From Tricharina praecox (Eukaryota), in the NCBI RefSeq assembly GCF_024521635.1, contig NW_026250414.1, forward strand, positions 868,001 through 932,000: 64,000 nucleotides of DNA. The letters run 5' to 3'. Made by a program: the position numbers and the translations under genes. Position 1 is the stretch's first letter, and each line of letters opens with the position of its first letter. Shown one piece after another: positions 1 to 13,282 of this stretch. The notes beneath the pieces are model-generated. The model did no database searches, was not told the DNA's origin, and saw only the letters and a program-made list of their open reading frames with translations.

Positions 1-1158
1 ATCCCAACGTCGTAGATTCCTGAATCCTGAGAAACTCGGTGATTCTCTGGGCAGTATCTATGAGAAGTGCAGTAGTCCGAACCGTGTAGGGGAAATAGGT
101 ATTTCCCGACTCATAACATTCATTGGGCGTGGCTAAAGCTGGCACAGCTCATACATTCAGGTCTGCAGATTTGAGCCTCAGGGTTGCAAGTTACCCTTAT
201 TGTGTGTCTCAGAGTTGCAGATCAGGATTCGATATTTTTGGGTCTCAGGTCAATGCACCTCTGAGCTTGCCCAATCATGAGTGTGTCTCGAATTAGAAAG
301 AAAAAAGGCTAATTAAAGATAAGCACTCTAGTATGTAGAGTAAAGCCCTTCAGTATGAGCAGCATGATGTCCAGTAACTGCTCAATGTCTCCCTGTCGTT
401 TTTTAGGATACCTAATTAGACAAAATATGTGATCAGGACCTGAGGCTCCTATGCAGCATAATCTAGACCGTCTATTTTTTTTGTTCCATCATCTTTGCAT
501 TCAACCTTACTAGATCATGGCAGATACTTGCCCGTCTCCCACCCCACTGTGATTATATAATCTAGACCATCTTGAGGATGATTTCTCATGGAGCGGGAAT
601 ATGAGGCTACGCATGGCGAGCGAGTATCCATGTATGATTGCAATGTCTGCCCCCCACAGGCCTTAAAAATACCGGGCCAATGTGACTTTTGCTTCTGGTG
701 CTCTATTCCCATTCTCTGTGGACATTCCCACCTGCCCGGACACAACCAACCAATATATTACCATCAGTTGTTGCCTGTTGGTACCCAGTGGGACTCTGCT
801 TCACGTGATCGAGTTTGAAGCAAATTTAGTGATGGCTTCAAGGGCACACCCGGAGTCCTGGACTAGGCTCTTCTGATTGTCGGCCCTGCTCAAACACCAG
901 CTAAAACCTGAATTCAAAACCATGGATAACATTTCACTTACGCCGTACGACTATGCTGTTTGCACCCCAATAATCACCTCCATCTTTGGCGAGGATAACT
1001 CCCTAGTGCCCGACATAGGATCCCAATTTATGCCGGCTATTGCCTAGGTGGGATAGCATACTACTTCGATGCCGAGACCGCCGTCATACGATGCATAAAG
1101 CACGAGGTTTCTGACTGTACCGGTGCTTCTTGTCGGTGGCTTTGGCGTCAGCCCATGC

Positions 1159-1600
1159 CTTGGCCTCCTAATTGGTGGTTGAGAGAGGGGGAGAACATCA
1201 ATTTATTGTCGTTTACGGCCTTGCTAGACTATGGCTCCCATCAACTTCCTGAACTTTCCTGCCAGCTCCGCGGGGGTAGAGAGAAAGTGCTATCGCCCCA
1301 GCTCCATGCTGCACTGCTGCCTACCAAATAAAACACAACAACAAAAGTTCACGCCCATTGTCCGCAAGATCCACAAACACAGTACCTTACGGGCAGTCCT
1401 GTTTGATCCGGAGGCGTCACTTCACTCCTCGGCCTCCTCCTCTATCGTTGTTAATTGGTGGTTGAGAGAGAGAACATCCATTTATTGTCGCATGCGGCCT
1501 ATGAATATGGCGACCACCAACTTCCCGAACTTTCTTGCCAGCTCCACGAGGCCGAGAGAAAGCTCTACTACCACAGCCCGTTGCTGCACCGCGATGCCAC
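1159..1600. repeat. Diverged ~160-170 bp direct repeat (copies ~1159-1320 and ~1427-1600), probably part of a decayed gene or TE
   Basis: Shared blocks aattggtggttgagagag..gagaacatc.atttattgtcg..caacttcc.gaacttt..tgccagctcc..gagagaaag..tgctgcac in both copies. Confidence 0.7.
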
Positions 1601-2321
1601 GGTTGTAAATGGTGATGTCTGGATACAGCGCACATAACCGAGTGATATATTATGCATTCGTTCCAGTGCTATGTAGGAGTACTATTTGACTTAAGTATAT
1701 TGTTTGAGTGAAATAACTACTACATCCTATATACTTGTCAAACTCTCGGGTATTGCTTAAATATGTAGAGTAGAACGAGATGTTGTGTTGTGTGGTCGTC
1801 TCACTTTCGCACTTTTACGATCAGTCACCGGACAGGGCAGGCCGTGGGGCATCTATAGTAGCCACACCATCAGCCTCATTCAGCCACCTCCGCCACAAGC
1901 AGCCTTCACTAGCAGCTTTCACCAGCCACAATTGGAAATATTTACCGTATGTACCGAATTTTGTTTTACGATCACGTTACGCGATAATACGTGACAACAC
2001 ATGACTGTCATTACGGTTTACGTCCCAACTGTCGACTTTGTTGGTTTGGCGGGAGCTCTTGAGCTTGAGCTTACCTGTTCGATGCTGGTACCACGTCTGC
2101 TACTACTCGGCGTAGCCGCCCTACCAACACGTTTTCCGTTCGTACGGGTTCACTGCACCTACCTCGATTGGAAAAGACCACCAAACCATAAGCCAACTTC
2201 ACCGCCTACCAGTATCCCGTGAATCTACGCACCAAAACTCCCACCAGACCGACCTCGACACACTCATTTTCTACACTTAGGAGCACCGGGAGCCACGCGT
2301 TCGCTCCACACATACACAGTC

Positions 2322-2713
2322 ATGGTAGCCACCCATTCCACCTAACACAAGACAGGAGACAACCGAACATAGCTGACCCGACCGCCAGCTCGCCCAACTT
2401 GCAGGTCTCACCATGATAATCATCGCCACCGTCGTCTTCCTGTACTACACGATCTGGACTCTGTTCATGGTACCGCACTTTCGCCTTCCCCCAGTTCCCA
2501 CCCCTTTACTGACCCCCCTCGCAGCCGTTCGTGGACGAGAACATCGAGCTGCACAACTTCTTCCCGCCGCGCGTATGGGCGATCCGAATCCCGATGATCA
2601 TCATCCTCGTCGGAATCGCGGTCGTGGGGAGCTTCCTCAGCATGGTCATGATCAAGAGTGCGCAGAAGAAGAGGGCTAAGCAGGCACTTGCTGCGGGCAA
2701 GAAGAAGGCTTGA
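2322..2713 (+). CDS. DPM2: Dolichol-phosphate mannose synthase regulatory subunit DPM2; exons 2322-2324, 2389-2469, 2525-2713
   Basis: Spliced protein M-LAQLAGLTMIIIATVVFLYYTIWTLFM-PFVDENIELHNFFPPRVWAIRIPMIIILVGIAVVGSFL..KKKA matches the DPM2 family pattern; GT..AG introns with CTGAC branch sites. Confidence 0.92.
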
Positions 2714-3502
2714 TTTTGTGCATAGGGGTGACAAGAGGGGAGCGGTGGGGTGAGAGGAAGCTGTGCGGGGAGATACTGTACTTAATATGATACTCGTTGT
2801 TGGACGGATACGTGGAGAGGGTGGACTTCTGGCGTATTTCCGTGGGCCTCCTAACTAGCGAATACTAGCCTTCTTGCGGATCAACGCGAATTCGATGTTC
2901 TATGTTTCCTCGTAATACCAATTCAGGCCGCTCGAATCCCTCGGCTCGATCCAGTACCTCCATATACACGCTCGATCCAAGGCGCGATATTTATGCGATC
3001 CAAGGCTGCTGAAGCGCGCATGGTCCGTCAGGGGCTTTTGCCGGCTCGACCGCTACGTCATAGAGCCTTCAGGATCACGCGTCTTCTAGAGCCTTTCAGA
3101 CTTCTAGTAATTCTGACAGTTGTTTTCTTGGCAGCTTGTGCTTGTGGCCTCTGACTCTATTGACCGACCACTCTAATGAAACCAAAGACAAGTGGTGGAT
3201 TGCCTTCTGCGAGCCCTCAAGAGACAGTTTTCACCATTTGTCGTTCAACCGCCTACCTACAACCTCTGCCCTAAACCTTCCACCCGTCATCGTCTACAGC
3301 CAGCTCACTCGGCGATCGGGATAGCCGCTCCCCAAGATTTTACGGAATCTCAAGGTGTGTGAATGGCTATCCAAAAATAATCCACTGTCGCTTTCGACGA
3401 GTATACAAGTGCAGTTTCTGAGACCCCTAATCAATGTCATCTTGCTCAAACGCAACACCAAAAAGAATCCCAAACTTGCAAACGGCTTCCGCATGTAGAG
3501 TA

Positions 3503-3947
3503 TCAGAGGTAAACACCCTCCTCTTCTTCCGTCTGCAAACCATTCTCCTCAGCCCTGTTTCCATTCGCCGCAGTGCCACCCCCACCGCTTCCCCCAACTC
3601 CGTTTGTCTGCTGCTCCTCCTTCTTCTCTCCGCACGGCATGAGGAACCCCCTTCTCTCGACCTCCTCCTTAATCAACTGTACGCGTTCCTGCTGGTGGCC
3701 GATGGTGACCATATTCTCCCGTAACGCTGCACGACAATCCTCGTCGCTCGGGAACTCTTCTAAAGCATTGTTACTGCGCTCCAGGTGATAGATGGAGTTG
3801 TGCAGACGTGCAGATTCGGCATGGAGTTGGTCCAGTTGGAGGTCGGCAATGGCGATGAGGAAAGATTGCTGGAACGGTCAGCCATTCGTGTGTAGGAGAA
3901 GGCAGAGGAAGACCAACGGGGGTGATCGGATTGCTGGTGGCCGACAT
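3503..3947 (-). CDS. TMA17: Tma17/Adc17-like protein, 131 aa; exons 3947-3918 and 3868-3503
   Basis: Spliced MSATSNPITP-QSFLIAIADLQLDQLHAESARLHNSIYHLERSNNALEEF..DCRAALRENMVTI..EVERRG..EEGVYL, recognised as the fungal Tma17 pattern (L-x-N-S-I-x-H-L-x-x-S-N, A-I/L-x-E-N, C-terminal GVYL); intron GTTGGT..GCTGAC..CAG. Confidence 0.75.
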
Positions 3948-4246
3948 TGTGGTTAATGGTTGATGATGAAGGTGGTGCAGTGGTTGCACTTTGGATGTCG
4001 GTATGACGTCTCGTTGCGGCTCAAGGCGATAGTTAGAGCACTCTGAAGCGGGGGTTTCTAAGGTCGCCGAAAAAGAGCTTCAGTTAGAATTATTGGTGAA
4101 CTAGTGTCTCAGTACTTACAGAACTGGTTAGAGCATGTACTGTATGAATGACGTACCAAGCTCAATGAGCTCGGCCCTCACCATGAGACGTGATCGTCGC
4201 CTTTCGTGTCTCATTCACCATCACACGAAGTTACTCCATCATCCCA

Positions 4247-5682
4247 ATGGCACCTAAAAAGATCATTATCGATACCGATCCTGGGTACTGCCAATCCCTC
4301 AAAGAACTCTCAATGGTTACTGATTGCCAAAAAGCGTTGACGACATCCTAGCTCTCCTCCTCGCTCTCTCCGCATCTGCCGAAGAAGTAGAGGTCCTACT
4401 GATATCCCTCTGCTTCGGCAATATCGACGTTGAATGGTTCCTCCCCACTTCTATACTTCCTCACCACTGCCAGGCCCCCCGCTGACCCGGAGTCCAACAG
4501 CTGTTTACGCAACACGGTCTCGCTCTTCCATGTTCTCGAGCTCGAGCGGACCTGGCGTATCGAGAATGATCTTCCACTTGGCTTCGAGGCACTCAGGAAT
4601 TTCAAACCTGTTGTTTCCGTCGGCGCAGATCTCCCGATCGAGGGGGCTTCGATGCAGTATGATTACTTTCGTGGGTATCTCCATTTATGGGGGTGCGGGG
4701 TATGTGCTGACGTCTCTGGACCGGGGTAGATGGAAAGGACGGACTTCAGGGAGTCCATGAAAACGCACCCCACTTCACTCCAACAGAAATGTGGAAACAT
4801 CTCTTCGGACCTGGCGATGAAACGGACGTTTCGAAAGTGGCCCGCCTGCCGCCGAACTTCAAACCTTCCACGAACCTGAGCCATCTAGAAATCCTGAGAA
4901 CTCTCGAAAGCCACCCACCCGACACCATCACCATCATCGCTGTAGGCCCACTGAGCAACCTAGCGCTGGCCGCAAATACAGACCCGGAGACCTTTCTTCG
5001 CGCGAAGGAAATAGTGGTTATGGGTGGTGCCATCAACGTGCCAGGCAACATCACTCCAGTGGCAGAGTTCAATCAATACGCGTGCTCTTACTCTGCAGCG
5101 AGAATCTATGCCCTTACCTCACCGAGTCCAAAGTCTACCATGCCCTCGTGCAGGGACCTGAAGGCGTACCCGGAAAACCTGTCGAAACAGCTGAAACTCA
5201 CTGCGTTCCCGCTGGATGTTACGACTGTTCATTCGCTTTCCCTCGATACTTTCAATACGGTTACAAAGTCACTCTCAGAGCGTGGGTCGCCGCTGGCCCA
5301 ATGGATGCACCATTTCCTTAGGCCCACCTTCGACCACTTGAAAACCCTCTACACTGAAAAGGACGTCGGCCTCTCCCTTCACGATCCACTGTGTGTATGG
5401 TACCTCTTAACCAACGGCGAAGGCTGGGTCATCGATGAGTCGGTCGATGTGAGGGTCGAAACGGAGGGAAAGTGGACGAGGGGCATGTCGGTGGTTGATA
5501 GGAGGAAGAAGGTGATTGAAGCGAACCTATTGAGTCCGATCAAGATACATGATCGCGGCGTGTGGTTGCATAGGGGCCATGGGAATAGGGTCAGGCTGGC
5601 TTTGGATAGTGAGTACAAGACCTCGTTTGGGGAGACGATGTTGAGGAGGATCTTTGCGTTTGAGGGGAAGCTGGATTTGTAG
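4247..5682 (+). CDS. Inosine/uridine-preferring nucleoside hydrolase; introns ~4285-4334, 4437-4500, 4671-4729
   Basis: N-terminal MAPKKIIIDTDPG-VDD (DxDxxxDD motif), GPLSNLALA, VVMGGA, GNITPVAEFN, PLDVT and LHDPL motifs. Confidence 0.93.
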
Positions 5683-5920
5683 ATGAAGTTGATCCTTCGA
5701 TGTAAATCCACGGATGACGAATCTCTTTTATATATCTATAACCTCGCGACACCTCGGAGTATGGAATTGCGTGCCAACCAGATCGGTGCACGGGCCGGTT
5801 GTGGATCCAAGCGCGCAAATTTAGCGTCACTCCCGAACCGAACGATAGTGATTCAGCATCCCACCCCACCATCCCCCACTAACTCAATACCTCGATATAC
5901 AACCACCACCATCAGCGCCA

Positions 5921-7138
5921 ATGCGTCCACCAACTGCCTTCGCCAGGGCTCCGATCTGTACACTGTGTACCCTTCGAGCCCTCCCTCGTCTGCGACCTGC
6001 TCCGCGTCTACAGCCGACCCCATACCGTGCATTCCGAACTTCACCGCACCTCCTCAAAAAAGCTGTCACCTCCTCCACCGCCGCTGCACCCGCGCAATCT
6101 CCCTACGCTACTTCCACAAACTCTCTCAATTCCCTCGTATCAGCCGTCGACTCCCGCATCCTATCCTCTTCCATCCCACCCCCAGAAGAGGAAATCCTCG
6201 CGGCCCTCGCGGCCCTCCAATCCTACGCGCGCCAGCAACTCCACGTACCTCCCAGCGCCACCACCCGCGGCGCGTCTCCCGCCTCCGCACTCCTCTCCCT
6301 CAGCGGGAAACCCCCATCACCCCCCGCCGTCCGCAAAATCAGCGAACCCAGTAGCGACACCCCCACGCTCGCGCAGAAAGGGCAGTTCACGGAGCTCTCC
6401 AGCCTGGCTTACCGGCTGCTCTCGCACCCCACCGTCTTCCTAACGCCCGAGATCCTCCGCGCATTCACCGACCTCCAGCGGATAACGCGCGACGCCGCGC
6501 CGATCCCCGCCGTCTTCGCACTGTACGCCAACAAGCCGATTCTTCCGCCGTCGGGCAAGGGCGCCCCGAAAACTCCAAACCCCCGCCAGGCAAAGTATGC
6601 CATTCCCGACCACGTCGTCGTCACCGGACTCGAGACCGCCATCGATGCCGGCGATATCACCGCCGCCCTCGACATAATAGACACGTCGTATGGCGCGCCG
6701 GCGTACCGCCGTGCTAAGTTCGTAAGGAGGGTGTTGCCCGTCGTGAGTGTTGCCGCTTTGGCGCCCGGCGCCCTGTGGGTGCTGGCCGATAGGCTGGCGG
6801 GTTGGCAGGATACCGTCGAACACGACGTCGCCATGAGGTATGCGTTCGGCGGGTTCATCGTGTACGTGGGTTTGACCACGGGTTTTGGGCTGTTGGCCGT
6901 GGGCACGGCGAATGATCAGATGGTTAGGGTTTCGTGGGTTCCGGGTACGCCGCTGAGGGAGAGGTGGTTCAGAGAGGAGGAGAGGGCGGCGTTGGATGCG
7001 GTTGCTATGGCGTGGGGCTTCCAGGAGAAACATAAACATGGCTTTGAAGAGGGTGAGGAGTGGGAGCTGCTTAGGGAGGTGGTAGGTAGGAAGGGGATGA
7101 TGCTGGACAATCCTACGTTGATGGAGGGGATGGAGTAA
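5921..7138 (+). CDS. Hypothetical protein, 405 aa, probably mitochondrial inner membrane
   Basis: Long intronless ORF; Arg/Ala/Leu-rich acid-free N-terminus like a mitochondrial presequence; two hydrophobic segments near the C-terminus. Confidence 0.8.
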   Translation: MRPPTAFARAPICTLCTLRALPRLRPAPRLQPTPYRAFRTSPHLLKKAVTSSTAAAPAQSPYATSTNSLNSLVSAVDSRILSSSIPPPEEEILAALAALQSYARQQLHVPPSATTRGASPASALLSLSGKPPSPPAVRKISEPSSDTPTLAQKGQFTELSSLAYRLLSHPTVFLTPEILRAFTDLQRITRDAAPIPAVFALYANKPILPPSGKGAPKTPNPRQAKYAIPDHVVVTGLETAIDAGDITAALDIIDTSYGAPAYRRAKFVRRVLPVVSVAALAPGALWVLADRLAGWQDTVEHDVAMRYAFGGFIVYVGLTTGFGLLAVGTANDQMVRVSWVPGTPLRERWFREEERAALDAVAMAWGFQEKHKHGFEEGEEWELLREVVGRKGMMLDNPTLMEGME

Positions 7139-7319
7139 TGTGGAATTGGGGGTTATGTGTACAACAGTAGTGTAGATGGCGGTATTCGTCTATGCAGGTA
7201 CTTCATCATCATACGGAATACAGTAGAGACGTAAGATCTATCAATCGGATCTGTAATCCACCATCGTTGCCTCCATTAAGCCGCGATCCGAGGTGTCACC
7301 AACGTCACAGCTGATGTCA

Positions 7320-8442
7320 TCACCACCAACCCAGCCACTTCTTCTCCTCCAACTCCTTCCTTTTCCTCTCCAGTCGCCGCTTGTACTCTGCTAGGAGTGC
7401 ATACCCACTTACCACTCCCCATCCCAGCCCAGACAAATGCGCGACATGATCCACGATAGTCCAACCTCTTACAATACCCAGTGTCTCCACCATCGCCAGC
7501 AACGTAACGAGAACCTTCGCCTTAAACATTATGAAAGGCAGGAAGATGACATATAGCTCGGCATCCGGATTCACCACCGCGTAAATACCCACCAGCGTGG
7601 CAATCGCACCACTCGCACCCAGCGACGCGACGTTGAACCGCTGCCGGACCACATTGTAGGCTAAGGACGCCAGCGAACTCAATACTCCACCGCTCAGATA
7701 CAGTCCGATGAATGGACCAGCACCAATCTGCTCACACAGATTCGTGCCGAAGCAGTACAACACCACCATGTTCAACCCAAGATGCGAGAAGGACTGGTGC
7801 GAGAAGGCGCAGCCTAACATACTGGCGGCGTGGGGAATCGCGGGGACCGAGACGAAGTACCGGTTGAGGATGCGCCAGGTAAACGGTAGTGGGATCCTCC
7901 AGGCCACGAACACGCCGACATTCAGAGCCATGATCGTGGCGACGGTCGAGAAGGCAAGGGGAACGGTCGGGAACAGGCGTTCGCTGGGTGCTGGTGCCGT
8001 CCAATTGTAGGCGTAAATCAATGAGCCGCCGACAACGAGGAGAGTGAAGAGGGTTGGGCGGAGAAGCCGCTGGGCCTGCGGACGTTAGCCATCTGCCCCA
8101 GCTAGCTGGAAGACGAGGAAGTTGCACGGAAGACATGGCCGGTGGCGTGTCATGCTGGCTCAGTTGTCCGGCAGCCCACACACGGTCTATTAAGCGATCG
8201 CCCGTGGCTGGCTGTGTGATATTGGATTCGGCGGCGACGCTGGGTGGTGTTGGTGGTGGGGAGGGTTTGTTGGATTTGTGGGCGCGAGTTGATCGCGGGG
8301 GACGCGCATAGTAGCGGATGCTTGGCTGTGTCCGGGGGAGAAGTCGGAGGATGTTCCGACTCAGAGCGGGAGTGGGGGCGAGAGTGCGCGAGGCGGCGCG
8401 AGATGCGAGAAGGAGCGGTGCACGACCGCAGATTGCGAACAT
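7320..8442 (-). CDS. PCP1: Mitochondrial rhomboid protease (Pcp1/PARL family); one intron ~8127-8076
   Basis: Presequence-like N-terminus MFAICGRAPLLLASR..; FSHQSFSHLGLNM, catalytic LGASGA and DHVAHLSG motifs; intron GTGCAA..GCTAAC..CAG restores the frame. Confidence 0.88.
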
Positions 8443-8675
8443 TGTATGGTTGGAGCTCTGGCCGAGGCGGGCGGGAAATTCGTGGTTGTCGAGCGGTGGT
8501 GGAAAGCCGGAGGTGAAAAGCCGTGTCGTCTCTTTGTTCACCCGTTCGACTGGCCCGTGCCCAGCATCCGAATGCGGCTTAATCTCTTGACAAGCCGTGG
8601 AACCGAAAGTGTCAACTTCACTTCACTCCGGCGACCTCTCCTTTTCTGTTCCCACATCCAACAGCACCGCCAACA

Positions 8676-9433
8676 ATGCCTTCAGCATCAGCACCAACGC
8701 CGTTTCTTCCGTCTGCCCTCACGACGGCAAGTACACATCTTCACACCGTGTCGCTTCTAAGCAGTCTCGCGCTTCACCTTCCGGACCTAATCGCGTCACC
8801 GAGCCTGACCCTGACACGCACCGCGCTCCCACTGGCCGCTCTGCAAACTGTCTACCTCGTCCTCACCAGCACTTCTACCACACCCACAACCCCCAAAGCC
8901 ATACCAACTACACCGAAACCTGCCTCCAGCGCCCCAAAGCCCAAAAAGACCGTCCGCGCTAAAAAAGCTGCTACTGTGCCCTTCGCCATCCTCACCGCGC
9001 TTGCCTTCACCTTAGTTGTCGGGGCACCCCTCCTCTTCCTACTCCTTGTCGCCTTCGGCGCGCCGGTGACATCCCACCATGCCGAAACCCTCTCCACGGC
9101 AGTCCACCTAGCCCTGCTTACCATCTATCCACTGTCTTTCACCCGCGGCTGGGATGCCGGGAGGTGGAGAGAGATCCTCGCGCTTACTGGCGAGGTCGAT
9201 GAGGCTGTCGTTGGCGCACTGGGCGCCTGCGTCGGCGCGTGGGCCGGCGCCGTGCCAATTCCCCTAGGTATGTTTTGTTCCATCACATCAACACCACCGG
9301 TGGCTAACAATGCACAGACTGGGACCGCGAGTGGCAGAAGTGGCCTGTTACCATCCTGGTGGGGGCTTATGCTGGGTATGCGCTGGGGAAGATGGTGGGA
9401 GGTGTGTGGGCTGGAAGAAAGATGCCGTGCTAG
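8676..9433 (+). CDS. GPI11: GPI ethanolamine-phosphate transferase stabilising subunit Gpi11/PIG-F; intron 9268-9317
   Basis: FGAP motif and spliced [21 protein letters not shown], the PIG-F signature. Confidence 0.93.
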
Positions 9434-12059
9434 TCGTACTACGGCGGATAGAAGTGTGGTAATGGATGATGTGTAGACGACGGGACTTGGAGGAATGCAC
9501 AGGGATTTGTTTCGCGTTTGAGGCTCTGCCACTCTCTGCGGGTCATGGCGAACAATGGTGCTCGACTCTCACTAGCAGTTTGGTGCAATACGCACGCGCG
9601 GGTACAAAATATATTCTACTTAAATCTGCTTCACTCACTACACATAGATTAAATACTGTGACGTTTCAGGCAAAGTTATCAAGGAATGCTACATTTGTGT
9701 AATTTTCGCGACAAGGAAAAGTGGCTGAAGGGGCTGACTCGTGTCACGTGTGGCTGATACGATACATCACACCGGTATCCCTCGAGCCCTACTTGACGTC
9801 GGTTGCCTAGAATTTAAACCATCATTCCTGGCCACAACGGGCTTGGGGAGATGCAAAGACTTCCGGCGGTACGGTACGGCGGTGATACCGACATAACGTG
9901 AAAAGTTACTCAACACCTGGCCGTCTTCCTCGAGTTGTGCACACAACGTCACTCGATAGGAGACGAGTGATCCGTTATGTATGCTAGGAACACGAAATCT
10001 ACTGGTACCTACAGTAGCAAAACGTGGGGTGCAATTGATGCCGAAGGTCTCCGGTAGGTAGTATTACCGCTCGGATTTAAATCCAGCAGTCTCAGAGAAT
10101 ACAGATTTACTCTGGTATTTTTTTTTCCTATTCTCAATTCTACAGTAGGTATCGAAAAATTATACGCAGTGTTGTAAAGATACGCTTATTAAAAGGCCGG
10201 AAGACCCACCGCAGTTCTTCCGAATGCAAGATATTACGAGTGTCCAGAATACCAGAGAACTACCAGAGAACTACCTTATTCGCACAACAATGTACCTTGT
10301 ACAGAGAAAACGTTGACACTGTAGCACTCCCGCTGTCTGTAAATGACGTATTACTTTCCGATACGTGATGTGCGAAAGACCGTACAGCTCCTGTCCTTAT
10401 GGCAGCACGTATTCTTCAGACCTTCCTATAAGTAGCATGCGTATCGAATAAAAGTCTGGTACCTAGTTCTTCGTTATTCAAATGACCGCGGTATTCTTCC
10501 CGTACCAATCGTACCGCACTTTTTGCTACTGTACTTAGTGCGAGGTGACAAGTTCCTCGCGACAAAATCAGGGACATCCTCTTCCGCCATACGTCCAAGG
10601 CTCGCAAAAAAGAAGCGGTTCACTGACGTGCCAGCGGCCCTGGTGTAGGACTTTTCATTATGGCGCGAAGATCGGCATTCTGGTCACATGGCGAGTGAGA
10701 TAGTGTGATTATGGCCCATACACGAAAGCAGATTACCGTATGTATCCCTCAGCCGGCTCCAGTTATTGGATTATTTCTCCGCTGGGATGGGCTTGGCTCA
10801 CGCTCCCTATATGCCTGGCTCCTTATGAGCCGGTATCGGAGTGGAAGGGGAAATAAGCAACATGTGAAGACACATAGGGTCGACTCCGAGTGACAACGCG
10901 CTGCTGGTTGTGCAATGTTTTCAGAGAAGCACGATATTAATTTATCTGGGCTAAGTACTGCACTATTTCTTCCGGGCGAGTCTGGGTGTTGGCCCAAGTG
11001 TGAATCGGAGGTGGGAATCAGACTGATGAGCACGAGTGATTGGTCAGAGGTACTCTACTATATCCTCTGCCGCAGGTGGGGAGGAAGAAAAAAGAGAGGG
11101 CGCAGCGGAAGTAGGATAAGGCCCGAGGCTGAGAAAGATGCGGGAAGGGAGAATGATGAGGTGAAGAAGAAAGTAAAGGAGGTTTGGGATGAGAAGGAAT
11201 AGTGGGGCAGCAGCTGCGGTAAGAAGACATGACGTCCAGGTTGCTGTGGAACGAGGGTTTAGGTCTCAGGGCCCAGTCGTCGGCCAATTACTCAGCGAAA
11301 TACCAAGTACCTAGGAAAGTACGTAAGTCGTTCCCATGCGCCTTTGGAACTGTCAGGTCTCCATGTGGCACAATAAGAGTACGTAATACTGTTACAGCCA
11401 TTCATCCTTTGTCTCGCTTCCCCCCGGGGGATCGCAGTCGGTGAAGGGTCGGAGGAGTAGCCACAATAGGATAATATATAACCACAAAGAGGCAAGTAAG
11501 GGATCAGGCTGGGAGACGGTGAAAAATTCATGAGTGGCGTGGGTGTGCTTACGCCCGCCGACCAATCGAACTTCGAACGGTAGCAAGGTTCACACTGTAC
11601 GTACTGAACTTCGGGTCACTCCGAGGTTCAGCTGCCTGAGAACGTAATGGTAGCTAAGGTTGAATTAGATCGATCGTTCCTCTGATGTCTGGTGTGACGT
11701 GTGCGAATAATGATCGATCTGAGAGTTCGCATTTTTCGAGCTGGAGCCGTTTCATACCTTGAACATTCCGGTTCTATTGGCGAAGAAGCTGCTCAAGTCG
11801 ATTCCTACAACCTGAATCCGCGCAGCCACGGTCCATATGCAGGGCGTGTTTCTGGAGCCACCTTACGTAATTCCGTAGGACTGCCAGAGGCTATGCGCAC
11901 TCCCTATGGTACAGGGAATGGGACGAGGCCCCTTTAGTTGAATGCGAGTCTGCATGTAAACTGGCTATTACCACAAAGTGCGGCTCATTTACAGTGGTAA
12001 TTCAGGCTTCTGCCAGTAAATTGGCGTTTTTTTCCTCATAGGGCACAAGTTGCCATGTT

Positions 12060-12251
12060 TATTTGGGCGAAGCTGAGTCAATGGGCGGTTAGTAGTGATT
12101 GCAGCCAGTTTATAATACTCAAATTGGGCGAAGCCTAGTCAATAGGCGGATGGTAGTAATTGCAGGCCAGTTTGCTATGGCCAAATTGGGCGAATCCTGG
12201 TCAATGGGCGGTTAGTAGTAATTGCGGGCAGTTTAAAATACTCAAATTGGG
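12060..12251. repeat. Three tandem ~61-bp diverged repeats
   Basis: Unit a(a/t)ttgggcgaa....gtcaat(g/a)ggcgg.t.gtagt(g/a)attgc...cagttt at ~12060, 12121 and 12183. Confidence 0.85.
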
Positions 12252-12471
12252 CTCTTCTACCTAATTTGGCCGTCAATACTCAATGTGACGAATAGACAGA
12301 GGCCAGATTTGGCGTTGAGGTGTAAATTGGCCATCTGCAGTAAATTCAACATCTTTCCACCACTCTCTTCGGGCATCCTTTGGTAAAACGATAACTTTCC
12401 CGCTCATCAGGCTTCCGGCATGAGTGAAATGGGCTTCGATTTATAAATGGAGCATTTTCTCCTTATTCAGC

Positions 12472-13282
12472 CGCCCCGCCATGCCCCCTGCCATGCCCCC
12501 CGCCATGCCCATCAACGTTGATGCCCACTACATACTAACCACATTCGTTTCCTCCCGCCGATAGCTCCTCCATCACTACGCCATCCTCTCACCGGCACCC
12601 ACAGCTCCTACATCACTCCTCCTCCATCACCACTTCCTCCTCCATCACTTCCTCCTCCACCACTTCCCCCTCTCGCTTCTCCTCTTGCTAACAGCTTCTC
12701 CTCTTGCTAATAGCTTCTCTTCTCCCTTCTCCTCTTGCTAATAGCTTCTCTTCTCCCTTCTCCTCTTGCTAATAGCTTCTCTTCTCCCTCCTCCTCTCGA
12801 TGACATCACCCCCACTACTGAATCCCCACCTCACCGGTAGCTCCTCCATCACTTCATCCTCTCGCTTCTCTTCTTGCCAACAGCTCCTCCTCCCCCTCAT
12901 CCTCTTGCTGACAGCTCCTCCTTCACTGCCTCATCTTGCTCCCCCTCTAACCTACAGCTCCTCCATCACCGAGTCTTCTTTCCGCTCCTTCTTTCGCTTT
13001 CGTTCTTGCTAACAACTCCTCCACTCACTCTTTCTCTCATTAACAGCTCCTCCCCACGCTTCCTCCTGTCGGCAATAGCTCCTCCATCACCGCCGTTCTC
13101 TCTCACCGTCTCTGGTCTTACTACAGTAGGTACGTCTTGATAACTGCGCTCCTAGACCTATCTCGCTGCGGATACCACACTGTCATCGCCGGTACTAGTA
13201 GACTGTCTATTGAGCAGGCCGGGAAGCGAGAAGAGCGAGAAGAGCGGGGACAAGCGGGGACAAGCGGGGAGAGCGGGGACAA
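12472..13282. repeat. C/T-rich low-complexity tract with nested tandem repeats
   Basis: (gccatgcccc)x3 near 12480; ctcctccatcac motif repeated; 31-bp ctcctcttgctaatagcttctcttctccctt x3 at ~12698-12790; agcgggga(c/g)a repeats at 13225-13282. Confidence 0.75.

Noticed and set aside
515-876. Cys-rich short ORFs near the window start
   Set aside because: No recognisable domain or splice-supported model; probably decayed sequence
6409-7110. Long antisense ORFs over the 5921-7138 gene (likewise 45488-46225 and 47099-47914)
   Set aside because: Shadows of GC-rich sense CDSs with no independent motifs
12060-12251. CRISPR-like repeat array
   Set aside because: Eukaryotic context; contiguous diverged units with no unique spacers
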